A stretch of 43,098 nt of DNA, from the NCBI GenBank assembly GCA_965649205.1, contig CBFGJV010000019.1, positions 1-43,098 on the forward strand, read 5' to 3'. Shown here one piece after another: positions 9,439 to 19,291 of the stretch. A program made the translations under genes and the position numbers. The notes beneath the pieces were generated by a model. That model made no database searches, was not told where the DNA came from, and saw only the letters and a program-made list of their open reading frames with translations. The first letter of the stretch is position 1, and the number at the start of each line of letters is the position of its first letter. The stretch is from a candidate division WOR-3 bacterium (lineage in GTDB: Bacteria; Hydrothermota; Tepidihabitantia; Tepidihabitantales; Tepidihabitantaceae).

Positions 9439-10347
9439 ATGAATTCCTCGGTTGGACTCGGGCAGGCCGAGGTTCTGGTACGTTTCTCCAACTACCTTCT
9501 GGTTGAACGTGGTCTGTCTGAGGCTACGGTGGAATGTTATCGGACAGATGTGGCGCAGTTTCTCAGTTCGAAACCGGGTGTCGATCCTGTGACGATTACT
9601 CGCCAGGAACTTCAGGACTATATCAGGAGTTTGGCAGCGCTAGGATTGCTTCCCAGCACTATTGCACGCAAGGTCTCGTCCATTCGTATGTTCTACCGTT
9701 TTCTGGAAACGGAATATTCCCTGAAGCAGGATCCGACCGAAGATTTGGCCGTTCCACATCAGCTCAGACGATTGCCTACCGTGCTCACCGTCAAGGAGAT
9801 TGAGACAATGATAGAAGCTGCTGCCAGCTCCCCGGATAGACGCTGGGGGCTACGTAGCCGGGCATTGCTGGAAGTGATGTATGGATGCGGGTTGCGAATT
9901 TCTGAGGCGCTGAGTCTCACGCTTTCCAATGTGAACCTGGAGGAAAATTTTGTGCGGGTAATGGGTAAAAGGTCTAAGGAGAGAATAATACCTCTGGGTC
10001 GCTTTGCCAGAGAAGCGTTGAAAGACTATCTGGCTCTAGCTCGTCCTTCTTATTTGGGAAAGAAGGTGAGCGAGTATCTGTTTTTAAATCATCATGGCCG
10101 GCGTTTGTCTCGCATGGGAGCGTGGCAGCTGGTGCACAAGTGCCTGCAGCTTGCGGGTATCAAGCGCCGCGTTACACCGCACACATTGCGTCATTCATTT
10201 GCCACTCATTTACTGGAGGGAGGAGCAGATTTGCGGGTAGTTCAGGAGTTACTCGGTCATGCGGACATATCCACTACGCAGGTTTACGTCCATCTTGACC
10301 GCGAGTATCTGAGGCAGGTGTATAGAACCTTTCACCCGCGGGGCTAA
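9439..10347 (+). CDS. xerD: Site-specific tyrosine recombinase XerD
   Basis: ERGLS, YGCGLRISE, GKRSKER, TPHTLRHSFATHLLEGGADLRVVQELLGHADISTTQVY, C-terminal FHPR. Confidence 0.9.
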   Translation: MNSSVGLGQAEVLVRFSNYLLVERGLSEATVECYRTDVAQFLSSKPGVDPVTITRQELQDYIRSLAALGLLPSTIARKVSSIRMFYRFLETEYSLKQDPTEDLAVPHQLRRLPTVLTVKEIETMIEAAASSPDRRWGLRSRALLEVMYGCGLRISEALSLTLSNVNLEENFVRVMGKRSKERIIPLGRFAREALKDYLALARPSYLGKKVSEYLFLNHHGRRLSRMGAWQLVHKCLQLAGIKRRVTPHTLRHSFATHLLEGGADLRVVQELLGHADISTTQVYVHLDREYLRQVYRTFHPRG

Positions 10348-10380
10348 GCGGCCTCTTAACTTGGCGTTGCAGTTTCCGGT

Positions 10381-11379
10381 CTAGACTACTGCTACCCCGA
10401 ATGTGCCGCGTACTACCTTGCCGATGAGTCTAGCTCCTTTGACCTGCGCCAGCACCTGTTTGACGTTTTGTTCCGGCAGTATGAGCACCATTCCCATGCC
10501 CATGTTGAAGGTACGGTACATCTCCGGTTCCGGCACATCTCCCAGTTGTTGAATCAGGCGGAAAAGCCGGGGTACGCGCCAGCTCCGTTTATGGATAATG
10601 CAGGAAGTTTCCTCTGGCAGCAGACGTTCTATGTTATCATAGAACCCTCCACCAGTGATGTGACTGATGGCGTGCACCAGCGAGAGAAGGGGATAAACCG
10701 TCGGCAGATAAGAACGATGCGGTTTCAACAGGGCCGCACCCAGGGTACCTGTAATTCCCTTGACTCGGGAGTGGACAGACAAACCAGCTTTGTCAAACAG
10801 CACTCTGCGTGCGAGAGAGTAACCGTTAGTGTGCAGTCCGGAGGAAGGTAGGCCGACAAGGACATCGCCAGGGCGGATGCGGGTAGAATCGAGTATGCGA
10901 TTTCGTTCTACCACTCCGACAATGAAACCGGCCAAATCAAAGTCTCCCGGCCTGTACACATCAGGCATCATAGCTGTTTCCCCACCTACTAGGGCGCAAT
11001 TATTCTGAAGGCAGGCACGGGCCAGGCCGCGAACAATAGCGGCAAGCTGGGAACCGGTCAGGGTGGAATGAGCAATGTAGTCGAGAAAGAAAAGCGGGCG
11101 TGCGCCCAGGGTGAGGATGTCGTTTACAGAGTGGTTGACTATGTCCTGACCTACAGTATCAAACCGGTTCATCATCTTGGCGACGAGAGTTTTGGTGCCT
11201 ACGCCGTCACAACTGGCCACAAGCACCGGGTCGCGCATCCGGGGAATCTGGCATAGCGATCCGAAAAGGCCGACTTTAGAAAGAACTTGGGGCGTGTAGG
11301 TGGAGTGGCAGACGCGGCCTATCTCCTTCTTTATTGCGTCCATCGCATCGATATCCACGCCTGCGTCTCGGTAACGCAC
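10381..11379 (-). CDS. purM: Phosphoribosylformylglycinamidine cyclo-ligase
   Basis: YRDAGVDID, DGVGTK, GGETAMMP, SSGLHTNGYSL, HITGGG, MYRTFNMG; start set at GTG 11379. Confidence 0.95.
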   Translation of the reverse strand: MRYRDAGVDIDAMDAIKKEIGRVCHSTYTPQVLSKVGLFGSLCQIPRMRDPVLVASCDGVGTKTLVAKMMNRFDTVGQDIVNHSVNDILTLGARPLFFLDYIAHSTLTGSQLAAIVRGLARACLQNNCALVGGETAMMPDVYRPGDFDLAGFIVGVVERNRILDSTRIRPGDVLVGLPSSGLHTNGYSLARRVLFDKAGLSVHSRVKGITGTLGAALLKPHRSYLPTVYPLLSLVHAISHITGGGFYDNIERLLPEETSCIIHKRSWRVPRLFRLIQQLGDVPEPEMYRTFNMGMGMVLILPEQNVKQVLAQVKGARLIGKVVRGTFGVAVV

Positions 11380-11384
11380 ATCCA

Positions 11385-11413
11385 AACCTATTGAGTTTAG
11401 GGCCAAGTGTCAA
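11385..11413 (-). promoter_or_regulatory. Promoter for purM (probably leaderless)
   Basis: Minus strand TTGACA, 17 bp, TAGGTT; GTG start follows after 5 nt. Confidence 0.55.
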
Positions 11414-11494
11414 GCCGAAACAGCGGCAAATTGGGACGTTGCTTATTCCTGGCAGTATAGGCAAGCGAGGGGAGGAGCGGGGGTCTAGTTTGGA

Positions 11495-11522
11495 TTGACT
11501 TGTGTTGTGGTATGATTATGAT
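11495..11522 (+). promoter_or_regulatory. Promoter for EF-G paralog
   Basis: TTGACT, 16 bp, TATGAT; GAGGAGG RBS downstream. Confidence 0.7.
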
Positions 11523-11552
11523 TCGGATTACGTATTTTCTGAGGAGGAACTG

Positions 11553-13640
11553 TTGAAAGAATATTCTGCTGAACGTATTCGAAACCTGGGCTTTTTCGGC
11601 CATGGCGGCTCAGGCAAAACCTCCATTTGTGAATCTCTGCTTTTCACCATGAAGCAGAATACTAGGCTGGGCTCGGTTGATAACGGAACCGCGCTTTTGG
11701 CCTACGACGAGGACGAGATTACACGCAAGATCGGTATTAATCTGGGTATAGGGTACGGCGAGTATCGTGATCATCTGATAAACCTTGTGGATGCTCCGGG
11801 TTACGCAGACTTTTTCGGAAATGTGGTATCTGCAATCCGGGCGGTGGATATTGCAGTTGTGGTAGTTGACGCCGGCTCGGGAGTGGAGGTAGGCACGGAG
11901 ATGGCCTGGCGCAGGCTGGAAAAGGCAGGTTTGCCCAAAGTTGTCTTCGTAAATAAGCTTGGCCGTGAGAATGCGGACTTCGAACGTACGGCGGACGAGG
12001 TGCGCAAGGCTTTTGGCACCGCTGTAACCCCTGTTTTTCTACCTATAGGTAGGGAAACAGGTTTTTGTGGCGTGGTAGATTTGCTCAAAGATAAGGCCTA
12101 CAGGTATGAGCAGGGAGTACGCAAGGAAACTCCGATTCCGGCGGATATGGCCGATGTCATAGCCAGCTGGAAAGAAAAGCTGGTGGAGGCGGCGGCCGAT
12201 GTAGATGAGAAGCTGATGGAAAAATTCTTAGAGGGCGCCACGATTGAATCCGGAGAAATCCAGCAGGCGGTAAGGAAAGGCATAAGGGCGGGTATGATTT
12301 CGCCCATGATGTGTGGTGATGCCTTAACGCAGGTAGGTGTAGACCTGCTGTTGGATTTGGCTGTGGATGTACTGCCGGGGCCGCTCGATTTGCCAGAACT
12401 GGAAGGTACCATTCCCGGAAAGACAGATGTGGTAAAAGTAGAGCGCAAGGCAGATGACCCTACCTGTTGCTTTGTGTTTAAGACCATTTCCGAGTCGCAC
12501 GTGGGTGAGATGAACTATATCCGGGTTTTTTCCGGAACGGTGAAAACTGGTTCTAGTTTGCTCAATGCTACCAACGAACGGGAAGAACGGATTAATCAGA
12601 TATTTCTCGTCAAGGGAAAGGAACGAACAGAGACGAATCAGCTGGTAACAGGTATGATTGGAGCTCTGGTGAAGCTGAAGGACACGCATACCGGCGATAC
12701 ACTGTGCGACCCCAAGCGGCCGGTAAGGTTGCCGCCTATGGATTTTCCCAAGCCCTCCATTTCCGAAGCAATAGTGCCGAAGAGCAAGGGCGACGAGGAG
12801 CGGGTATCAAACGGTTTGGCTAAGCTTCATGCTGAAGACCCGACCTTTACCTACGAGTATAATCGGGAAATAGGTCAGCAACTTATTAATGGAATGGGAG
12901 AGTTGCACCTGGATGTTATCGTGGGCAGACTGAAGCGGCGTTTCGATGTGCAGGTAGACTTGGTGAAGCCGAAGATTGCCTATCGGGAGACTATTACCCG
13001 TAAATCTGAGGCCCAGGGTCGGCACAAGAAACAGACGGGGGGGAGAGGCCAGTTCGGCGACGTATGGTTGCGGATAGAGCCAAAGCCCCGAGGTGAAGGC
13101 TTTGAATTCGTGGACGAGATATACGGCGGGGCCATTCCCTCCAAGTTTATTCCTTCAGTAGAAAAAGGCGTATTGGAGGCAATGGAGAAGGGGTATCTGG
13201 CCAGTTATCCCATGTGTGACCTGAAGGCCACGGTGTTCGACGGTTCATATCATGAAGTCGATTCTTCGGATATCGCCTTTAAGCTGGCAGCTATGCTGGC
13301 CTTCAGGAACTGTTGCGAAAAGGCTAATGTAGTCCTGCTGGAGCCGATTGGTAACGTGGAAGTAACAGTTCCAGAAAGATTCACGGGCGACGTAATTGGT
13401 GACCTGAACGCCCGTCGCGGCCGTATCATGGGAATGGAAGCTCAGGGCAATTTGCAAGTAGTGAGGGCGCAGGTACCGCTGGCAGAAATGTACAAGTACT
13501 CCAACAGCCTGCGTTCGATGACTCAGGGTCGGGGCTTCTTCACGGTGGAGTTTTCTCACTACGAAGAAGTTCCGCGGGAGCTTGCCGCAAAGATAGTGGA
13601 AGAAGCTAAACGGGCGCAGGAAGCAGAGAGAGAAGCGTAG
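11553..13640 (+). CDS. fusA: Elongation factor G paralog (EF-G-like/EF-G2 type) with degenerate G-domain motifs
   Basis: GHGGSGKT, DAPGYADF, GMGELHL, YRETI, KKQTGGRGQFG, DGSYHEVDSS, LLEPI, LRSMTQGRG; TTG start after GAGGAGG; not in a str operon. Confidence 0.9.
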   Translation: MKEYSAERIRNLGFFGHGGSGKTSICESLLFTMKQNTRLGSVDNGTALLAYDEDEITRKIGINLGIGYGEYRDHLINLVDAPGYADFFGNVVSAIRAVDIAVVVVDAGSGVEVGTEMAWRRLEKAGLPKVVFVNKLGRENADFERTADEVRKAFGTAVTPVFLPIGRETGFCGVVDLLKDKAYRYEQGVRKETPIPADMADVIASWKEKLVEAAADVDEKLMEKFLEGATIESGEIQQAVRKGIRAGMISPMMCGDALTQVGVDLLLDLAVDVLPGPLDLPELEGTIPGKTDVVKVERKADDPTCCFVFKTISESHVGEMNYIRVFSGTVKTGSSLLNATNEREERINQIFLVKGKERTETNQLVTGMIGALVKLKDTHTGDTLCDPKRPVRLPPMDFPKPSISEAIVPKSKGDEERVSNGLAKLHAEDPTFTYEYNREIGQQLINGMGELHLDVIVGRLKRRFDVQVDLVKPKIAYRETITRKSEAQGRHKKQTGGRGQFGDVWLRIEPKPRGEGFEFVDEIYGGAIPSKFIPSVEKGVLEAMEKGYLASYPMCDLKATVFDGSYHEVDSSDIAFKLAAMLAFRNCCEKANVVLLEPIGNVEVTVPERFTGDVIGDLNARRGRIMGMEAQGNLQVVRAQVPLAEMYKYSNSLRSMTQGRGFFTVEFSHYEEVPRELAAKIVEEAKRAQEAEREA

Positions 13641-13670
13641 TTTCTCTCTGTCGGCGTTTGCCCTTTTGCT
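13604..13670. terminator. Long hairpin between convergent genes (probable bidirectional terminator)
   Basis: GCAGAGAGAGA (13623-13633) pairs with TTTCTCTCTGT (13641-13651); outer AGCTAAACGGGC/GCCCTTTTGCT. Confidence 0.5.
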
Positions 13671-13675
13671 AGCCC

Positions 13676-15334
13676 CTAGTCCAGTTTTATGAGTTTGGTC
13701 CGGGCGGAGTGCGTCTGCCCAAGTCCTGAGATTGAGCAGAAGTAGAGGCCAGCGGGCAAGAGCTGGTTGTTTCTGTCCCGACCGTCCCAATAAGCGTAGT
13801 TCAAATTCTTCTCCGTTCGACACGGAGAAAGCGAACGTACTAGGCCGCCGGAGGCATCGTAAATATCTATCGTGCCTGGCGAAGCGGCATTCCAAACCAG
13901 GGTTGTGTGGCCGCGGAAGGTCGAGGGAGTGGCATAGAGAAAGAGAACTTGCGAAGGTTGCGGACGGGAGCTAGGACCTTCGGTGATGCCAACCAGGTTA
14001 GATACTAGAATGGTACTTTCATAGGGACGACAGTTCTGTCCTGTTACCACAAGTTTCATTCGGCCGGTGTCTACAGGAGAAACGTTGAGTTGTACAACTC
14101 CTGTGGAATCAGTATACCCATAGGTGTAAACTGAACTGCCCATGGAAACGCAGACCAGGGCCTGATCTATCGGGGTGCCTTTGTGTGTCACTTTAATTTC
14201 TAACGTTAGCTGTTGTGGTGGTATCGTTTCCGGATAGAAGACGTCAAGCACGCGAGGTTTGGCTGTCCAGATAGCAAGGTCTGGATCGCCTAAAATGGAG
14301 AATCCCCGGTAGTCGTTTACCCGGGTGGGGAATTCCTGACGCAGCTGTTCTTTGGCTCTTATCATCGCATGACCCAGCTTGTACCTGTTTTCTACAAATA
14401 GCCCCTGGAAAAATCCCCGCGCTACAGCGCTGCGTACCAAAGCTACGTCGGAAGCAGAGTTGGTGTTGCCGAAAAAAGCCACTGCTCCCTTGAGCAGGGA
14501 GGTTGTCCCGGTTTTCAACCAGGCCTCTCCTACCATTGACTCCCCGGGAGTGAGGGTCATTGTTTCGCAGGTGATAGAGAGGATTACCGGTAGCTTGCGG
14601 CCATTAGCAGTGAGTGCGGGGTCCACTTTGAAGGGGTCGTACCAGTTGCCTGTGGCGGTGCCACGATAGAGTACCAGCCCCGTACCTCTGTTTATGGAGT
14701 TAATCACGCTGGTAGCATTGTGGCCGCGGGACGAGGCCAGCGAATCAACTCCGACAAAGCCCGCATCCCCAGCAAGCTGGGCAGCGTTGCGGATGTCTCC
14801 CCAGTAAACATAGGCGTCATCATCGCCTGCATCCCTGCATATGGTAGTCATCCGACGTGTCCACAGGGTATCAGACAGATCAGGTTCCTTCTCGTAGGCG
14901 AGGGTTTTGGTTACCATCACGTCGAGTTGAGCTGTGCTTTTGGCCGGAAAACGGCCGACGGGTATATCCATCAGACCATCACCGTTCACGTCACCGTACA
15001 GGTTATCGGTTGAGTAGGAATATCCGCCATGGCCTCCTTCCCTGTAGAGACGGGAAGGAAGCAGGTTTGGAGAACCCACCAGCAGTACGAACTCGGGTTT
15101 GGGTTCCCAAGTATTGTAGGCGTTTCTGATATAGTTCTTGATAGCGGTGGTGTCCGCGCCGATTTGAGAAAGCCGGGCTATGCGAGTAGACATTCCAGAT
15201 GCGTGTTTCCAGTCGGCAAGCGGCTGTATGGAAGGTACTAGTATGTCGGCTGCGATTATCAGATAACGTGCTCCCTGCTCAGCCAAGAGCAAAGCAGTGA
15301 GTGCAAGTAGCACAATTACAGTTTTGCTTCTCAT
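13676..15334 (-). CDS. Gingipain-like C25 family protein with FlgD/T9SS-type C-terminal domain; no propeptide, catalytic His apparently replaced
   Basis: RBS GAGGT, ATG 15334, signal peptide; YLII, FVLLVG, TDNLYG, VGRFP, GAVAFFG, ILGDP; YRGTATGNW where GHG is expected; SITC; WDGRD...AGLYF. Confidence 0.88.
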   Translation of the reverse strand: MRSKTVIVLLALTALLLAEQGARYLIIAADILVPSIQPLADWKHASGMSTRIARLSQIGADTTAIKNYIRNAYNTWEPKPEFVLLVGSPNLLPSRLYREGGHGGYSYSTDNLYGDVNGDGLMDIPVGRFPAKSTAQLDVMVTKTLAYEKEPDLSDTLWTRRMTTICRDAGDDDAYVYWGDIRNAAQLAGDAGFVGVDSLASSRGHNATSVINSINRGTGLVLYRGTATGNWYDPFKVDPALTANGRKLPVILSITCETMTLTPGESMVGEAWLKTGTTSLLKGAVAFFGNTNSASDVALVRSAVARGFFQGLFVENRYKLGHAMIRAKEQLRQEFPTRVNDYRGFSILGDPDLAIWTAKPRVLDVFYPETIPPQQLTLEIKVTHKGTPIDQALVCVSMGSSVYTYGYTDSTGVVQLNVSPVDTGRMKLVVTGQNCRPYESTILVSNLVGITEGPSSRPQPSQVLFLYATPSTFRGHTTLVWNAASPGTIDIYDASGGLVRSLSPCRTEKNLNYAYWDGRDRNNQLLPAGLYFCSISGLGQTHSARTKLIKLD

Positions 15335-15497
15335 TTTTACCTCATGCTTAGTTTTGCACGCGGGAGGCACAGCCGTAGTGCCGGGCGGCAGGCAGCACCC
15401 GCGTAATTCTTGGGCTGCAGGACAAAACTACAGCCACGTGATTATTATCTTTCGGATACAAATTCGTGTCAAGTAGATATAAAGTGGATACGCCGGG

Positions 15498-15782
15498 TTA
15501 GCGTAGGCGGTGGGTTTCGGTGTTCAGAACGTTTAGATTGCGGTCCCGCTCCAGTGTTTCTGCGATTCGGTGAAGGGTTCGTTCCAGCATTACCCATTCG
15601 GTATTTGCGGCAGTCACTGCCAATCTGGAGCGTTGCCATTGATCCTGGAACTCAATTTCACAGATGGATACGTTGTACTCGCGGCGAACCCTTTCGACGA
15701 GACTGCTTAGGATATGTCTCTTGGCTTTGAGAGAGAGACTGCCGGGAAGAAAACAATCGACGATGAGCAGACCGACGGTCAT
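15498..15782 (-). CDS. DUF503 (YlxP-like) protein
   Basis: MTVGLL, SLKAKR, YNVSICE, QDQWQRS; typical position after infB. Confidence 0.88.
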   Translation of the reverse strand: MTVGLLIVDCFLPGSLSLKAKRHILSSLVERVRREYNVSICEIEFQDQWQRSRLAVTAANTEWVMLERTLHRIAETLERDRNLNVLNTETHRLR

Positions 15783-15869
15783 GGGGAATCAGGATGGTTC
15801 TGACGTTGGCGTCAGTACGAACTTGAGGGAGCGTATTTCTCCAGCCAACGTGGCGTGGGACATAGAGGA

Positions 15870-18065
15870 CTATCCTTGTTCGCTGGCGAAGCTGGTGCGA
15901 GCGACTTCTTCGATGCGGAATACTTCCAGCTGGTCACCTTCGGCAAGGTCCTCTAGACCTTCTATGCCAATGCCACATTCAAAACCGGTCTCCACTTCTT
16001 TCACATCGTCCTTGAAACGTTTGAGGGAAGTAATACGGCCACGGTGAATTTCTCTGCCGCCACGAAAGACGCGTACTTCGGCGTCTCGGGGAACTGTACC
16101 CTGCGATACATAGCAGCCGGCGATGATACCCAATTTCGGAATGCGATATACCTTTCTTACTTCGGCCTTGCCCAGGGCTACTTCTTTCTTTTCGGGTTCA
16201 AGGAGGCCAAGCATGGCAGCCCGAATGTCATCTATGGCAGAGTAGATGAGGCGGTAAGTTCTTATCTCCACGCCTTCTTTCTCGGCCAGGGTTTTGGCGT
16301 CCGAGAGCGGCTTGACATGGAAGCCTACCAATATGGCTTCAGACGCCTGAGCCAGAAGTACGTCAGAGCGGCTGATGGCTCCCACACCGCTGTGGATTAC
16401 CCTTACTTTTACTTCGTCTGTGGAAAGCCCTTCTAGGGAGTCGCGCAGAGCTTCGGCCGAGCCGGATACGTCGGCTTTGATAATCACCTTCAGTTCCTTT
16501 GCTTCGCCCGCTACGATGCGTTCCTGGAGCGATTCGAGCGAAAGTTTTGGACGGCTGGAAGCCAGGATACGATTACGTTTGGCTAGCGAACGACGCTGGG
16601 CTATTTCCCGCGCGGTGCGTTCATCGGACACTACGTCGAAACGGTCGCCAGCCTCGGGGAGACCGGAAAAACCCAGTACCTGTACCGGGATGGAGGGAGT
16701 GGCTTCTGCAATACGTTGAAAGTTCTCGTCCAACAATTCCCGTACTCGACCATAGTGCTCCGCGGCCACGAAAGCGTCTCCTTTGCGTAGAGTTCCTTCT
16801 TGGACTAATACTGTGGCCAGATTGCCGCGGCCACGGTCTACCCGTGCTTCTATAACTACTCCTCTGGCCGGGCCGTCGTAAGGCGCTTTCAGGTCACGCT
16901 CCAAGGCTATGACCAGGATTGCATCCAGCAGTTCCTCAATACCTTTACCGGTTCTGGCCGATGTCTCCACGCAGGGAATGTGACCACCGTAGCCTTCTAC
17001 TACTACGCCGTGTTGAGCAAGTTGGGCCTTAACCCGATCAGGGTTAGCGTTGGGGAGGTCGATTTTGTTCAGTGCCACTATTATGGGGATGCCAGCGGAA
17101 CGAGCATGATCAATCGCTTCTAGCGTGCGGGGCATGACCCCATCGTCAGCAGCAACAACTAGTACCGCGATGTCTGTTATCTGAGCTCCCCGAGCACGCA
17201 TGGCGGTGAATGCCTCGTGTCCGGGCGTATCTAGGAAGACGATGGGTTTATTGTCGTAGTAGGCTACGTACGCACCGGTGTGTTGGGTGATGCGACCCAC
17301 TTCACTCTCGGCCACTTTGGTCTTGCGGATGTAGTCAAGTAGCGTGGTTTTTCCGTGGTCAACGTGGCCCATTACTACTACAACGGGCGGGCGCGGCTTG
17401 GGTTCGCCGCGTTGGATGACAGGTTCTTCTTCGTTTTCTTGCTCAACCTTTACACCGCACTCATCAGCAATGAGGATGATGGTGTCCATATCTAAACGCT
17501 GATTTACGGTGGCCATCAGCCCCAGCCCGATACACTTCTTGATTATCTCGGAGGCTGGAACGCCGAAAGCGTGCGCGAGCTCCGCCACGGTCATGTAGGG
17601 ACTAACTTTGACTACGCAAGTGGTCTGGGATGGACTGGTTACCCGACATTCGCGAGAAGGTCGTTTGGGTTTCTGTTCCCGTCCTCTGACCTTGACCAAG
17701 GTCTGTTTGATGTTTTTGGATATTTCTTGTTCGTCAAGGGGCGGCTTGGTGCCGGCTCCACAGGTGGGAGACTGATGACGGCGGATGGAATCTTTGAACT
17801 GTTTTTTTTCCTTGCGCAGTCTGAGACGTGCGGCTTCAAACTCCTCTTTAGTGATGTGGGACGTGTATCCGCGTGCCGGGAAACCGAGCTCTTTCAATAC
17901 GGTCACCAGTGCTTCGGCAGACAAGTCAAGCTGCCTCGCCGCCTCAAAAACTTTGAGTCCGGCGGAGGCAGGCTGAGGTCGTTGCCCCCGGGGCTGCTTG
18001 TTTCCTCCTCGAGGGGAATGGGCGCCGGAATCCTGAGCATTAGGCGTTAAGGGCTTATCGTCCAT
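15870..18065 (-). CDS. infB: Translation initiation factor IF-2
   Basis: RPPVVVVMGHVDHGKTTLLD, DTPGHEAF, NKID, IIKADVSGS, SLKRFKDDVKEV..GFECG. Confidence 0.97.
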   Translation of the reverse strand: MDDKPLTPNAQDSGAHSPRGGNKQPRGQRPQPASAGLKVFEAARQLDLSAEALVTVLKELGFPARGYTSHITKEEFEAARLRLRKEKKQFKDSIRRHQSPTCGAGTKPPLDEQEISKNIKQTLVKVRGREQKPKRPSRECRVTSPSQTTCVVKVSPYMTVAELAHAFGVPASEIIKKCIGLGLMATVNQRLDMDTIILIADECGVKVEQENEEEPVIQRGEPKPRPPVVVVMGHVDHGKTTLLDYIRKTKVAESEVGRITQHTGAYVAYYDNKPIVFLDTPGHEAFTAMRARGAQITDIAVLVVAADDGVMPRTLEAIDHARSAGIPIIVALNKIDLPNANPDRVKAQLAQHGVVVEGYGGHIPCVETSARTGKGIEELLDAILVIALERDLKAPYDGPARGVVIEARVDRGRGNLATVLVQEGTLRKGDAFVAAEHYGRVRELLDENFQRIAEATPSIPVQVLGFSGLPEAGDRFDVVSDERTAREIAQRRSLAKRNRILASSRPKLSLESLQERIVAGEAKELKVIIKADVSGSAEALRDSLEGLSTDEVKVRVIHSGVGAISRSDVLLAQASEAILVGFHVKPLSDAKTLAEKEGVEIRTYRLIYSAIDDIRAAMLGLLEPEKKEVALGKAEVRKVYRIPKLGIIAGCYVSQGTVPRDAEVRVFRGGREIHRGRITSLKRFKDDVKEVETGFECGIGIEGLEDLAEGDQLEVFRIEEVARTSFASEQG

Positions 18066-19291
18066 ACCTTGTCTCGTATTTTCTGACGGAACTCCTCAAC
18101 TGTTTCCGGGGCAATTTCCGTGTACTGAATCAATTTCTCGTCGCTGGCTGAGAGTAGGTCGAAGGCATTGTTTATACCTGCCGCCGTCAGTTTGGCCGGC
18201 AGACCTTCAGGCAGTTCCAGCTGATCCAAACTGACTTTCTGGGCTTTGTTCATGATGAGCCGGTTGCGATAGTCAGTTTCTTTCAGTACTTCTATTTTTG
18301 TCTGGGTTAAAAGGCTGGCCAGCCAGACATTTTGTCCTTTCTTGCCGATAGCAATGGAGAATTCTGCGTCTGGCACGACGACTGTGTAGGTTTCTCCTTC
18401 CTTGATAACTTCATTAACTTTGGCCGGGCCTAGTGAACGCGCAATGAAGACAAGCGGGTCGCGACTCCACTGGACTATGTCCACTTTCTCGCCCGACAGT
18501 TCCTTTATAATGTTTTCTATTCTTGACTTGCGATAGCCTACGCAGGCACCTACCGGGTCAACTTTTTCGTCAAGCGAGCTAACCGCCACCTTGGAACGAA
18601 ATCCGGGAGAGCGGGCGATGGCTTTTATCTCCACTACGCCCTCTTTGATTTCTGGAACTTCTCTTATAAGCAGTTTGCGCAGGAATTCGGGGTGGGTGCG
18701 AGAGAGATAGACCCGGGGGCCGAGCGGTGTTTTCTCTACTCGATGCACGTAGGCCTTTACCGGTAGTCCTTGGCGGTAGTGGTCACTCTTGAGCTGTTCC
18801 CGGTTTGTAAGTACAGCCTCTATGAGTCCCAGGTTTACGATTACTTCCTCACGGCCAATTTTCTGCACAGTACCGGTGACAATCTCCCCCTTTTTCTTCA
18901 GGAATTCATTGTACAACTTGGTACGCTCAGCTTCTCGTAATTTGAGCAGGAGTTCATCTGATGCCTTGCGAATAGCCACCCGACCGATTTCCAAAAGCGG
19001 GACTTCCACTCGCACCACATCGCCCAATTGGGAGGAGGGGTTGAGTGCTTGCGCTTCTGACAAGCTAATTTGCTGCCCAGGGTTTTCCACCCGTTCCACT
19101 ACTTTCTTGGCAAGAAACACTCGGATGTCCCCGGTCTCTGGGTTTATCTCTACATGACTCTCTGTCTCTGGGCCATAGCGTCGTCGCAGACCGGCAACTA
19201 CGCTGGCACGTAGCGTCTCGCATACATAGGTGACATCTACATTTCTTATTCGGGCGATCTGGGTGATAAGGTTGGCTATTTCCTTGTTCAT
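18047..19291 (-). CDS. nusA: Transcription termination/antitermination factor NusA
   Basis: LSRTHP, EVPEIKEG, ARSPGFRSKVAV, DPVGACVG, AIGKKGQNV. Confidence 0.96.
   Translation of the reverse strand: MNKEIANLITQIARIRNVDVTYVCETLRASVVAGLRRRYGPETESHVEINPETGDIRVFLAKKVVERVENPGQQISLSEAQALNPSSQLGDVVRVEVPLLEIGRVAIRKASDELLLKLREAERTKLYNEFLKKKGEIVTGTVQKIGREEVIVNLGLIEAVLTNREQLKSDHYRQGLPVKAYVHRVEKTPLGPRVYLSRTHPEFLRKLLIREVPEIKEGVVEIKAIARSPGFRSKVAVSSLDEKVDPVGACVGYRKSRIENIIKELSGEKVDIVQWSRDPLVFIARSLGPAKVNEVIKEGETYTVVVPDAEFSIAIGKKGQNVWLASLLTQTKIEVLKETDYRNRLIMNKAQKVSLDQLELPEGLPAKLTAAGINNAFDLLSASDEKLIQYTEIAPETVEEFRQKIRDKVWTISP

Noticed and set aside
9439..10347. Tyrosine recombinase as a prophage/ICE integrase
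   Set aside because: Typical housekeeping XerD signature, with no att repeats, cargo or phage genes nearby
13245..13895. 216-aa minus-strand ORF and the many other short overlapping ORFs in the track
   Set aside because: Antisense or alternate-frame shadows of well-supported genes, with no motifs or RBS
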